Shown piece by piece: positions 13,070 to 23,584 of a DNA stretch of 64,000 bases. The notes beneath the pieces are model-generated. The model worked only from the letters and a program-made list of their open reading frames with translations. It did not search any database and was not told the origin of the DNA. A program made the position numbers and the translations under genes. Each line of letters begins with the position of its first letter. The first letter of the stretch is position 1. The DNA is from Lama guanicoe (lineage: Eukaryota): assembly GCA_013239625.1 (NCBI GenBank), contig MU054187.1:11855893-11919892 (forward strand), given 5' to 3'.

Positions 13070-13472
13070 TTTTAACAGGCATTGTTAAAAATCAAATTAT
13101 ATAAACTTAAAAAATAAATTAAATTAAAAACAAAGGTAATTAATACCCAGACTCACTCTTTCCTAATTATTGTCTTACATTTGACTGTGCTCTCAAGATC
13201 AGTTACTGCAGTCATATCTGTGTTCTGGAAACAGTGTCAGGGTGGTGGTGTGCATCTCTTCCTGACTCCATGTTCAGTCGCACTGGGAGATCAAATCAGC
13301 CATGGTGGGAGTCCTTACACCATGGAAACTGGCAAATGCTGTAAATCAGTGCTTGTTACATTTTTAAAGGGTTGTAAAACAAACAAGAATATGTAACAGA
13401 GACCATATGTGGCCCATAAAGCCTAAAATATTTACTTTCTGGCCCTTTACAGAAAAATATGCCAATTCCTGG
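13070..13472. mobile_element. hAT-type DNA transposon remnants (MER58-like right part)
   Basis: 'gtggcccataaagcctaaaatatttactttctggccctttacagaaaaa' resembles MER58; the upstream part resembles another old hAT element. Confidence 0.55.
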
Positions 13473-13569
13473 TTAAGAAAGTGATGGAAATGAGACAATC
13501 AAACTTGAAAGTGTGCATGTCAGAATCCTTACTTTTAAATAGCATTTAAAAACTGCTGCTTCTAGCAAC

Positions 13570-13723
13570 ATTTACCGCACATGTATAAAAAACGATCAGA
13601 CCTCAAGCTCGGGGCTCAGAACTTGGAGTGTTAATTCCTCTGAGCCCGTGGCCATAATAAAGCTGAGTTCTCCAACCCTCTGAGTGCTGCTTGGTCTCTC
13701 CAGAAGTCTGGATTTCTGTAACA
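13570..13723 (+). mobile_element. LTR 3' fragment (TATA box, poly(A) signal, U5 end)
   Basis: tataaaa ~13,584, aataaa ~13,655, ends ...tgtaaca; no primer-binding site follows. Confidence 0.55.
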
Positions 13724-14299
13724 AGGTCACTTCATGGGATCCCTTACCCAAGCTCCCTCCTTACACAAAATGTGTCCGTCTGCCTGTGTTCTCACCTGTG
13801 GGTCGAGCATCTCTTAACACACACCAGCTACCTGCATTGCCTCTCATTGGAACTGCTTTTATGTGTTCTGTTTCTGTTTAGAACACTGGGTTTCAAGAGG
13901 TTTTTGGACCATAGGGATGTGAAACCTTTCTCTGACCTTGGCTCATGAAAAATGCTTTTTCCAGGTTGTGGTTCATCTTTTCAGCTGTCTTTCTTGGCCT
14001 TTGGTCATTTTTTGGTTTTGTTTGGTTTTGTTTTGCCACAGGAAGAGCTAAGCATCTCCCTTCTGGCTGTGGCTTCACACTTAGAACAGCAGTGCCTACC
14101 CCAAGCTTATGCACATAGTTACTATAGTTACTAAAAGGGCTTCATTTTGTGCATCTCATCTTTAATCCATCTATATTTTCCTCTCAAAATACGAAAATTT
14201 GAATTCATGTAAAAAATAATTCACCAGTGCCTGCTTAAGATATGTGGGCAGACACAAAAAGCCACCTTTTAAGTGATTTCATTGATAAGGAACCTCCAG

Positions 14300-14520
14300 G
14301 ATAGGTGAAGAAGAGAGTTGGGGATTAGGCTTTGTCATGGGCTGGGGGAGGGAGGACGTGGGATGTGCTTTGGATACAAGCTTTTACTTTGAGGAAGAAA
14401 ATAGTCTGAAACCAAACAGTGGTGTTGGTCTCACAGCATTGTGAATGCATTTAATGCTCCTGAATTGCACAATTTAAAATGGGAAAAGGCTAAACTTTAT
14501 TATTGTAAACTTAAAACATA
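14300..14520 (+). mobile_element. Old L1M 3' end
   Basis: 'gtggtgttggtctcacagcattgtgaatgcatttaatgctcctgaattgcacaatttaaaatgg'. Confidence 0.65.
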
Positions 14521-14529
14521 AAAGTATAC

Positions 14530-15182
14530 TGTAATAGAAAACAAGAAATCTGACTCCATATTAGATATGCTCTTTTGGCTTAAACACTGCCCTGTTTTCT
14601 AGGCTTAGTCTTGCTAGCTCTGCACCTTTTGTAAAATAATGTTGCCTTTAGCCTGAAATAGACAGGAGAGCCTATTCTCAAGGCTCTGACCTTTAAGGAT
14701 ATTAATACTTTTGCACTAACATAAAGACAACAATTTGCAGAATAGAAAATAACATTTATTTTGTTAGAGGTTTTACAGGGCCAGCTTGACCTGACCAACG
14801 TGGACAGCTGCAGACCAAGTTAATGGCAGACTAATGTCCTGGAGAACCATCTTCCCCAAGTCAGAACTCAGGCTCCTTTTCTAGTAAAAGGGGGAGGGGA
14901 TGTGGTTGGTTGTTGCAAACTTCTTGTGTAGAACTTCGTATGCTCTTGGAATCCTTTGCAGCTGTCCACTTGGGTCAGGTCACCATGCACCTGTAAAACC
15001 TCCAACAAAACAGAGATTGTTTTCTATTTTGGAACTTGTTATCTTTATAGGAGTGCAAAAGTGTTAATATCCTTAAAGGTCAGCCTTGAGAATAGGCTCT
15101 CCTGTGTTTTCAGGCTAAAGGCAACACTGTTTTACACAAAGTGCACAGCTGGTAAGACTAAGCCTAGAAAACAGGGCAGTGT
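14530..15182. mobile_element. Two partial same-family LTRs joined in inverted orientation
   Basis: 14,585-14,812 is the diverged reverse complement of ~14,957-15,182; ORFs 14580..14798(-) and 14956..15198(+) give homologous peptides. Both arms match the full LTR at 56,930-57,460. Confidence 0.85.
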
Positions 15183-15189
15183 GGGGGCC

Positions 15190-16900
15190 ATAGGTTAGTA
15201 CTTAGCGGCGTGGAGTGTGGGAGCGGGGACCTTGGTATGAGGGGGAGCCCCATCTTGGGCGTCCGGTGGGAGACTTGGCCTGGCTGGGGGTGGGGAGCAG
15301 TAACGGGGTTGGGAGGGAAAGCGAGCAGGGAGAGTGGGGCTAGGGGGTGTGGCCTGGCCGAGGGCCGGTCATGGTTCTGGTTGGGTGCCAGGACCGGTGG
15401 GTGACGGGAGGGGGATATTAGGGATGGAGACCCGGTGGGCGGGGTGGGCCCGCCCGGCCCTGCCCTGCCCTGCCCCACCCCACCCCAACCTGACGCCACT
15501 CCCCACATCCCCAACAGCGGGAGTTCCAGCCCGAGCATCCGCGCTGCAGAGGAGGAGGGGCGCGCACGCGTGTGGACCCATAGACTCGCCGACAGGGACC
15601 CGTCCAGAGCGTGTGGGAGCTGGGCGGGAGCCGGGCGCTCCTGGACCAGCTCGGAGGAGGAACGCGGCCCGGGTTCTGGGCCGCTGCTTAACGTCGCCTC
15701 CGTTGTCGCCGCTGGGCAGGTAAGGGGGCGCTGGTGGGGGAGCGCAGGTCGGGGAGCCAGCGAGTGAGGCCTGGGCTGCGCATTTGGAGAGGCTCGAAGG
15801 TAGCGGTGCGTAGGTGAGGCCCGGGCCTCCCGACCCGTTAGGACCCTTAGGTAGGTCGGGGTCACCGCGTAGTTCGTGGTGCCGACCCGCTGCCACATTA
15901 GCAGTCCGTGAATGCCGCCTCATCGTTGCCGCTTATACCGGGGGGAAGCGGGTGCCGCCCCAGGAGATTGGAGGGCACCGGACGGCCAGGGAGCACCTCA
16001 GACTAACCCTCAGGCCATGGCCTGCTCCCAGGAGACGAGTGCGGTTTTGTCTGGTTGCGGCGCCGACGGAATCGGCGGTGGTGGCGGCATTGGCGGCGGC
16101 GGGGAGAGGGATCTACACTTGGGAGCCTGTGAATTTGCTACCGTCTGCCTTGCGTCCTATCCTGGGGGCCAGGGCGCATGTTGCAGGTTATTCCGCCCAT
16201 GGGAGATGACAAGGTGCTGTAGGGTGTGGGGACGGCGGTATCGCGGCGGCGGCAGGGAGAGGGGTATACTCTGGGGAGACTGTTGCTCCCATCTCCCATG
16301 TGTGCTGTCCTAGGGGCGGCCTCTGCTGCTCCGGGTTCGCAGGACGCATATTACAGGTGAGCCTGTTTCTAGGGGGCGGGCGCGGTGCGGTCAGTGTGCG
16401 GGGGCAGCGGCAGCGGGAAATGGGAGCAAATACCCTCGCTTGCACGGGGCAGCCCCAATGCCGCCGCCGCCGCCGCCGCCGCCGCTTCCCCTTGACAGCA
16501 CAGCGCCCGCCTCCCAGGAGCAGGCTGACTGGGGACGTGCCTGGGGCAGCAGAGGCCGTCCTCAGGCCATGCCCCGGGGGAGAAGAGGGCAAATCAAATC
16601 AGTTCGCCAGGGGCAGCAGCGCCCCTCTCGCTGCTGCCCCAGGTTCGCAGGACAGTTGTTTCCAGGTCTGTGGGTTCCCGGGAGGCCGGTGTGGTGCGCT
16701 TAGGGGGCGGCGGCGGCGGGGAGGGGTGCTGCGCTCCCGTTAGGGGGGGTGGACTTGCTCCCATCTCCCCAGGGGCTTGTGCTGGGGCGGCCTTTGCTGC
16801 CCGAAATTCACATAGGTAGCATGTTTTCGTGTCAGCCTGCTCCTGGGAGGAGGATGCAGTGCGGTCTAAGGGCAGCCTCAGTGGCGGGCAAGGAGTTCCC
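15190..16900. promoter_or_regulatory. CpG island, probable promoter
   Basis: Very GC- and CpG-rich; GC boxes (gggcgggg ~15,437; gggcggga ~15,622); NRF1-like gcgcgcacgcg ~15,560; strong + strand donor CAG/gtaagg at 15,719/15,720. Confidence 0.8.
16070..16900. repeat. Degenerate ~155-bp GC-rich tandem array with one inverted unit, including (CCG)8
   Basis: ggcggcggc(a/g)gggagaggg at 16,092 and 16,245; ttgctcccatctccc at 16,283 and 16,755; ggttcgcaggac at 16,334 and 16,642; 16,510-16,529 is the exact reverse complement of 16,831-16,850. Confidence 0.8.
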
Positions 16901-16979
16901 AGGACTGGGCTGTAGCCCAGTATAACTAACTCTAATTTTTTCTCTTGCTTCCTCAGTTGGTGGCTGTAGGGACTTTTCC

Positions 16980-18290
16980 ATTTAAGGTTATTACCAGGTA
17001 TTGAAGATAGGTTTCTTTGCTATACGGAAGAAAGTTTTTAAAAAATCCGTTTGTATATAGTGGCTAATTTTTGTAAATCTCAATCTCCCAAATTTATCCC
17101 TTCTGACCCCCTTTCCCTTGTAACCGTTAGATTGTTTTTATCTTTTGTAGATAAGTTCACAATGTCTTTTTTTTTGTTTAAGATGGCATATATTAGTGGT
17201 AACATATGGCATTTTTTTCTTTCTGGCTCACTTCAGTTAGAATGACAGTCTCTAGATTCATCCATATTGCTGCAAATGGCATTATTTTATCCTTTTTATG
17301 GCAGAATAGTATTACATTGTATAAATATACCAGAACATCTTTATCCAGTGATCTGTTGCTTCATTTCGGTTGCTTCCATGTCTTAGCTAATCTGTCTAGT
17401 GGTGTTATGTATACTGGGGTGTAGGTTATCTTTTTGCATTTGAGTTCCCTCTGAATATATACACAGAAGTGGCATTGCTGGATCATAGAGTAAGTCTATT
17501 TTTAGTTTTTTGAGGAATTTCTGTATTATTTTCCATAATGGCTACACCAAACTACATTCCCACCAGCAGTGTAAGAGGGTTCCCTTTTCTCCACACCCTC
17601 TCCAGCATTTATCATTCATGAACTTTTGAGTGACGGCCATTCTGACTGGGTTTTGTAGTTTTGATTTGCATTTCTCTGATAATTAGTGATATTGAGCATT
17701 TTTTCATGTGCCTGTTGGCCATTTGTAGTCTTCATTGGAGAAATGATTGTTTGTTTTCTGCCCATTTTTGGATTGAGTTGTTTTTTGTTAGTAAGTTTTA
17801 TGAACTTTTAATATATTCTAGAAATTAAGCCTTTGTCAGTAGAATCATTTACAGATATTTTCTCCCATTCTGTAGGTTGTCATTTTGTTTTGCTTATGGT
17901 TTCCTTTGCTGTGCAAAAGCTTGTAAGTTCAGTTAGGTCCTGTTTGTGTATTTTTGCTTTTGTTTCTGTTGCTTGGGTAGACTGCCCTAGGAGAACATGG
18001 CTGAGAGGTTATGTCAGGTAATGTTCTGCCATTGTTTTCTTTTAAGAGATTTATAGTGCCTTGTCTGCATGTTTAAGTCTTTAAGCCACCTTGAATTCAT
18101 TTGTGTGTATGGTCTGAGGGAGTATTCTAACTTCATTGATTTACATGCAGCAATTTTTGCTACATCTTTTGCTGAAGAGACTGTCTTTACTCACTGTGTG
18201 TTCTTGTCTCCTTTGTCAAAGATTAATTGACCAAAAGTTTGTGGGTTTAATTCTGGACTCTCTATTCTGTTCCATTGATCTGTATGTCTG
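16980..18290 (-). mobile_element. L1 3' portion
   Basis: Antisense L1 3'UTR and ORF2 C-terminal motifs. Confidence 0.85.
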
Positions 18291-18594
18291 TTTTTTTTCC
18301 CCCTTCTTTTCCAGTTTTATTAGGTAGAATTACTGCAGTTCAACTACATACACATAATATTGCATGTAGATACACATACACAGTATACTGCACTATTTTT
18401 TAGTTTACATGTATATACTGTTTATCATTGTTAAGGAGAGGTTAGATTTATAAACTTACATAGTTCTCAAGGGAATAAAGGCAACTACAAAGAATCAACA
18501 GAATGTGGTAATCCAGTCATAAAGGACTGTCAGATGTGCTTACATATATTCAAGAAATCAAAATAATTAGTCCATTTGTGGCCTTATTATTGTT

Positions 18595-20765
18595 ACTATT
18601 TTTTAGATTCCTCATATGAATGATGTCATATGGCATTTTTTTTTTCTCTTTTTGGCCCACTTCACTTAGAATGACAATCTTCGGATCCATCTGTATTGCT
18701 GCAAATGGCATTATTTTATCCTTTTTGTATGGCTTAGTAGTGTTCCATTGTATATATGTACATCTTCTTATCCAGTCATCTGTTGATGGACATTTGGGTT
18801 GTTTCCATATCTTGGCTATTGTAATAGTGCTGCTGTGAACATTGGGGTGCATGTGTCTTTTAGAATTTTATTTTTCTCTGGATATGTGCCCAGGAGTGGG
18901 ATTTCTGAATCACATGGTAGGTGTATTTTCAGTTTTTTAAGGAACCTCCATATTGTCCTCCATAGTGGCTGCACCAATCTACACTCCCACCGACAGTGTA
19001 GGAGGGTTGCCTTTTCTCCACACCCTCTCCAGCATCTATCATTTGTAAACTTTTAAATGATGGCCATTCTGGATGGTGTCAGGTGATACTGCATTGTACT
19101 TTTGATCTGCATTTCTGTGACAATTAGCGATGCTGAGCATTTTCTCATGTGCCTATTGGCCATTTGTATGTCTTCATTGGAGAAGTGCTTGTTTAGGTCT
19201 TCTGCCCATTTTTGGATTGGGTTGTTTGGTTTTTTATTATTAAGTCATATGAGCTGTTTATATGTTCTGTAAATTAAGCCCATGTCAGTTGCATCGTTTG
19301 CAAATATCTTCTCCCATTCCATAGGTTGTCTTTTTGTTTTGTTTATAGTTTCCTTTGTTGTGCAAAAGCTTTTAAGTTTGATTAGGTTCTGTGGTTTATT
19401 TTTGCTTTAATTTATTGCTTTAGGAGACTGACCTAGGAAAACATTGTTACAATTTATGTCAGAATGTTTTACTTATGTTTTCTTCTAGAAGTTTTATGGT
19501 GTCCTGTCTTAGATTTAAGTCGTTAAGCCATTTGGAGTTTATTTTTGTGTATGATGTGAGGAGGTGTCCTAGGGCTAACTTCACTGATTTGCATGCTGCT
19601 GTCCAGTTTTCCTTAACACCACTTGCTGAAGAGACTGTCTTTTCTCCATTGTAATATGTCTTCATTGGAGAAGTGCTTGTTTAGGTCTTCTGCCCATTTT
19701 TGGATTGGGTTGTTTGGTTTTTTATTATTAAGTCATATGAGCTGTTTATATGTTCTGTAAATTAAGCCCATGTCAGTTGCATCGTTTGCAAATATCTTCT
19801 CCCATTCCATAGGTTGTCTTTTTGTTTTGTTTATAGTTTCCTTTGTTGTGCAAAAGCTTTTAAGTTTGATTAGGTTCTGTGGTTTATTTTTGCTTTAATT
19901 TATTGCTTTAGGAGACTGACCTAGGAAAACATTGTTACAATTTATGTCAGAATGTTTTACTTATGTTTTCTTCTAGAAGTTTTATGGTGTCCTGTCTTAG
20001 ATTTAAGTCGTTAAGCCATTTGGAGTTTATTTTTGTGTATGATGTGAGGAGGTGTCCTAGGGCTAACTTCACTGATTTGCATGCTGCTGTCCAGTTTTCC
20101 TTAACACCACTTGCTGAAGAGACTGTCTTTTCTCCATTGTATATTCTTGCCTCCTTAGTAATTGACTGTAGGTCTGTGGGTTTATTTCTGGGCTCTCTAT
20201 TCTGTTCTGTTGATCCATTTATGTGTTTTTAGGCCAGTACCACACTGTTTTGATTACTGTAGCCCTGTAGTATTGTCTGAAGTCTGGAAGGGTTATTCCT
20301 TCAGCTTCATTCTTTTTTCAGTATTACTTTGGCCATTCTGGGTCTTTTGGGAGTCCATGTAAAATTTAGGATCATTTGTTCTAGTTCTGTGGAAAATGTC
20401 CTGGGTAACTGGATAGAGATGGCATTAAATCTGTAGATTGCTTTGGGTTGTATGGCCATATTAACAATATTAATTCTTCCAATCCAAGAGCATGGGATAT
20501 CTTTCTGTTTCTTTAAATCATCTTTAATTGCCTTAGTCAGTGTTTTGTAGTTCTCCACATACAAGTCTTTCACCTCCTTGGTCAGGTTTATTCCTGAGTT
20601 TTGTTTTTGTTTTGATGTGATTTTAAAAGAACTTAAAGTTTTACTTTCCTTTTCTGATAGTTTATTGTTAGTATAAAGAAATGCAACTGATTTCTGTATG
20701 TTAATCTTGTATCCTGCTACTTGCCAAATTCATTTATCAGCCTTAGTAGTTTTTGTGTGGAGCCA
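18595..20765 (-). mobile_element. L1 3' portion (ORF2 RT/C-terminus) with an internal tandem duplication
   Basis: ORFs 20307..20573(-) [14 protein letters not shown]..., 19459..19665(-) [14 protein letters not shown] and 18550..18852(-) [10 protein letters not shown] are L1 ORF2p fragments. Confidence 0.9.
19167..20141. repeat. Apparently perfect 487-bp tandem duplication (19,167-19,653 / 19,655-20,141)
   Basis: Sequence repeats with period 488; I found no mismatch by eye. Confidence 0.9.
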
Positions 20766-21008
20766 TTAATTTTTGACTGCTCCCTTGCTTTATGGCACAC
20801 ATTGACCTAGGTTCATCATGTATTTCCTGCTCCAGACATCAAGCCAGGCAGTTTTCTAAAGAGCCCTGGTTCTACGTATTGTGAAATGATTTTGAGATCA
20901 TACTGGGTGCTAGAGGAAATCTTTCTTTAGGAATAGAATAATGCTATTTAAAATTGATCACCCATTTATACACTGGACTAGAGTTTTTAAATTTAACTTT
21001 AATTTTAG

Positions 21009-21179
21009 GTTGGAATGACGGTTAAATGCTTTTGAACATATGAAGAAGTTTGTGAAGGAAATACGGGCAAAGTTATCAGATTGGACAGAGATGGATTACA
21101 TGACCTCAGTGTGCAGTGTGATTGGCAGCAGAAAGGAGGCACTTCCTGGGTTTAGGTACATTCACGTGGAACTTAATAG
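21009..21179 (+). pseudogene. HERC2: HERC2-derived exon (CPH domain)
   Basis: VGMTVKCF*TYEEVCEGNTGKVIRLDRDGLHDLSVQCDWQQKGGTSWV...YIHVEL vs recalled HERC2 VGMMVRCCRAYEEVCEGDVGKVIKLDRDGLHDLNVQCDWQQKGGTYWVRYIHVELIG. TGA at 21,033; two 1-bp insertions; AG/GT intact. Confidence 0.92.
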
Positions 21180-21270
21180 GTAAGAACATTCTTCATTTGC
21201 TTCTTAATTAGATTTAGAGTTCCCAGAAATGAATGCTAACTATAGTTGATTTTTTTATTGGAATCTCTAG

Positions 21271-21396
21271 GCTGTCCTCCACCAAGTTCTCCTTGTCACA
21301 TCAAGATTGGTGGTAAAGTTTGTGTGAAAGCTTGAGTCATGACACCAAAATACAAGTGGGGGTCTGTGACTCAGCCAAGTGTGGGGGTTGTGAAAG
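21271..21396 (+). pseudogene. HERC2: HERC2-derived exon
   Basis: [40 protein letters not shown] vs [41 protein letters not shown]; stop at 21,333. Confidence 0.92.
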
Positions 21397-22869
21397 GTCA
21401 TGGTACCTAGGCAGGAAAGCTCTGGGTGTTGGCTTCTCATCAACTAGTGTAAACTAGGGCAGGAAAAACAAGTATTAAGCAAACCTTATGATGTAAAAAT
21501 AGTGTCCTTCTGCTTGTCAGTGCCCTCTTGACCAGGAGCACACCTGCTGTTGAACAGAGTCAGGTGTATTAAGTCCCTGCAACTTGGGAGAATGCATACC
21601 ATGGAGAATGTGGTGTCTCCATAAGTGTGTGTGTGACAAAGTCTAATGGGTTTGCATTGGGTATTTGGGGGAGATTTCAAGGAATTGGGGTGATCCTAAG
21701 AATGGATGCGTTAATAAATACTACCTGGAGGACAGAAATAATTGAGTCAGGATGAGGTCATGATTGGCAGGGAAGCAGTCATTCATACTAGCCAGGATGG
21801 GATTGTGGTTTGGATTTAATTGAATGTGACCAAATGTGTTAGAGTGGTTTTGTTTTTATCTTGATCTGTCAGTCTCAGGCTGACCTTGTCTCATACTGGG
21901 GTTCTTGTTCCGTCAGTCCTGCCAGATGGCCAGCTCCCTCAGTGTTCTTTTTATTAATGCTGTATAAAAATTTAGGATTGAGTTTAAGAAATGGAGATGT
22001 GGAAATGATGGGTGTTATTAACTGGAAACACAAAATTCTCCTCAGTTTATATTTAATGTGATGTTGAGATTTCAAATCACGATATACTATGTCCATTTTA
22101 ACACTTGCATGAAAAATAATTAAATATATGCATGGTTTTATTTTGCCTTTGAACTCTTTCAGTGCCATTTTTTGCTTTGTTTAATTTCAGCCTTGTGGAA
22201 AGCCATCTTTGGGTCCAATAGCTTGGATTAGAAATGGCTGCAATAGTGGTGCTTACCCAGTGGGCAGAGATGTTACAGTTTTTTAAGTTACTTAAGAACA
22301 AATGGCTTAACATTTTATTTTGGTTTAACATTTTTCTTCACTTAAGAGATTCTTAAAAGCTTTAGAAATCAAAACAAAGATAAATTTCAAAAATAATGGT
22401 TTAGAAGTCAGTGTTTTGAGTAGCTTTCACTAAACGGCAAGAAATATCTTAACATTATTAATGTAATCTTTATTCCCTAAGATACTGAATGGAGTTTTTA
22501 GTTGGTGTAATTAAAAACAAACAAATAACTCTTCTTATTGTGGAAAATTTCAAACAGATACAAAGGTAGAGATTATAGTATAATGAGCCTCCATGTGCCC
22601 AATACCTGACTTCAGCGATTGGCAGCTCCTGGCCAAACTGTCCGTCCATGATCTCCTGCTTCCATTATTTTGAAGCTAATTCCTGATTGACATCATGTGT
22701 TAGTTCATCCAGGAGTACCTTAGTCTTAGTATGTCTCTCGCAGAGAGAAGTTCTCTTTGTAAAACACAGAACTGTAATATAATGTCACGTGGTTAGGTAT
22801 AGTTTTAATTTTAATTTTCAGTTTTTATTGGTGAAAAAGATGTTACAGACAATTTCCATTCTGCTCTAG

Positions 22870-22977
22870 CTTTCAGTGCCAACGAGAAAGACATTATTGT
22901 CAACTTCCTCAGCAGTCTTACTAGACTGGGCTGTTATCAGAAATGGCGTTGGTACCCAGTGTCCATCCTGGCTTTAC
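22870..22977 (+). pseudogene. HERC2: HERC2-derived exon, splice donor destroyed
   Basis: FSANEKDIIVNF/QQSY*TGLLSEMALVPSVHPGFT vs AFSANGKDIIVDFPQQSHWTGLLSEMELVPSIHPGVT; 1-bp deletion, TAG stop, donor reads atgagt instead of gtgagt. Confidence 0.9.
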
Positions 22978-23094
22978 ATGAGTTTTGATTTTTATATTAC
23001 TGGATTCACTTGGGAGGAATGGCTTTCTTTGGAATCAAGTTTAACAAATGACCTCATCTTTTTCTTACCAATTCAATGGCTATTTTAAAAATAG

Positions 23095-23232
23095 GTGTGA
23101 TCGCTGTCAGATGTTTTCTATCAATGGATCTTGATTCAAATGCAGAAACTGATTAATTTGATTTTTGTGAAATGTGTTTCAAAACCAGGAAACATAACAC
23201 CAGGCATACATTTAGCAGAATAAGTGAATGAG
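23095..23232 (+). pseudogene. HERC2: HERC2-derived exon (ZZ zinc finger)
   Basis: CDRCQMFSINGS*FKCRN/FDFCEMCFKTRKHNTRHTFSRISE vs CDGCQMFPINGSRFKCRNCDDFDFCETCFKTKKHNTRHTFGRINEP; stops and a frameshift. Confidence 0.92.
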
Positions 23233-23584
23233 GTATGGTAGAATGGTTATGTTCTCTTTCCTCAAAATTTATTAGTGAGGTAATTATTGTGGAAACAGAG
23301 GTACTTAATTTTGATCTGTAAAGCTCATACTTAAGTGGTCAGCACTGTACTGTGTGCAGAGTGAAACAAGAAAGATGGTCCTACTGACTTGGTGAATTGC
23401 TTTTTTTTTCAAAGCAATAAAGGGGTCACTGGAACTAGAATAATGGTGTTTGTTTGCTTGTATTTCCATAAAAAAACAGTAAAAGGGTCTCAAGAAACTA
23501 ATAAATGGTTTTGTCGGATAGAATGTGAAATTGGAGAAATGGAGAGTGAGTCTTTTTATTTGTATGTGTTTTCATGACAGCAGA

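Noticed and set aside
15164..16743. Long overlapping ORFs in the CpG island (up to 244 aa)
   Set aside because: Present in many frames on both strands, Pro/Gly/Arg/Ala-rich, no recognisable domain; expected from stop-poor GC-rich DNA.
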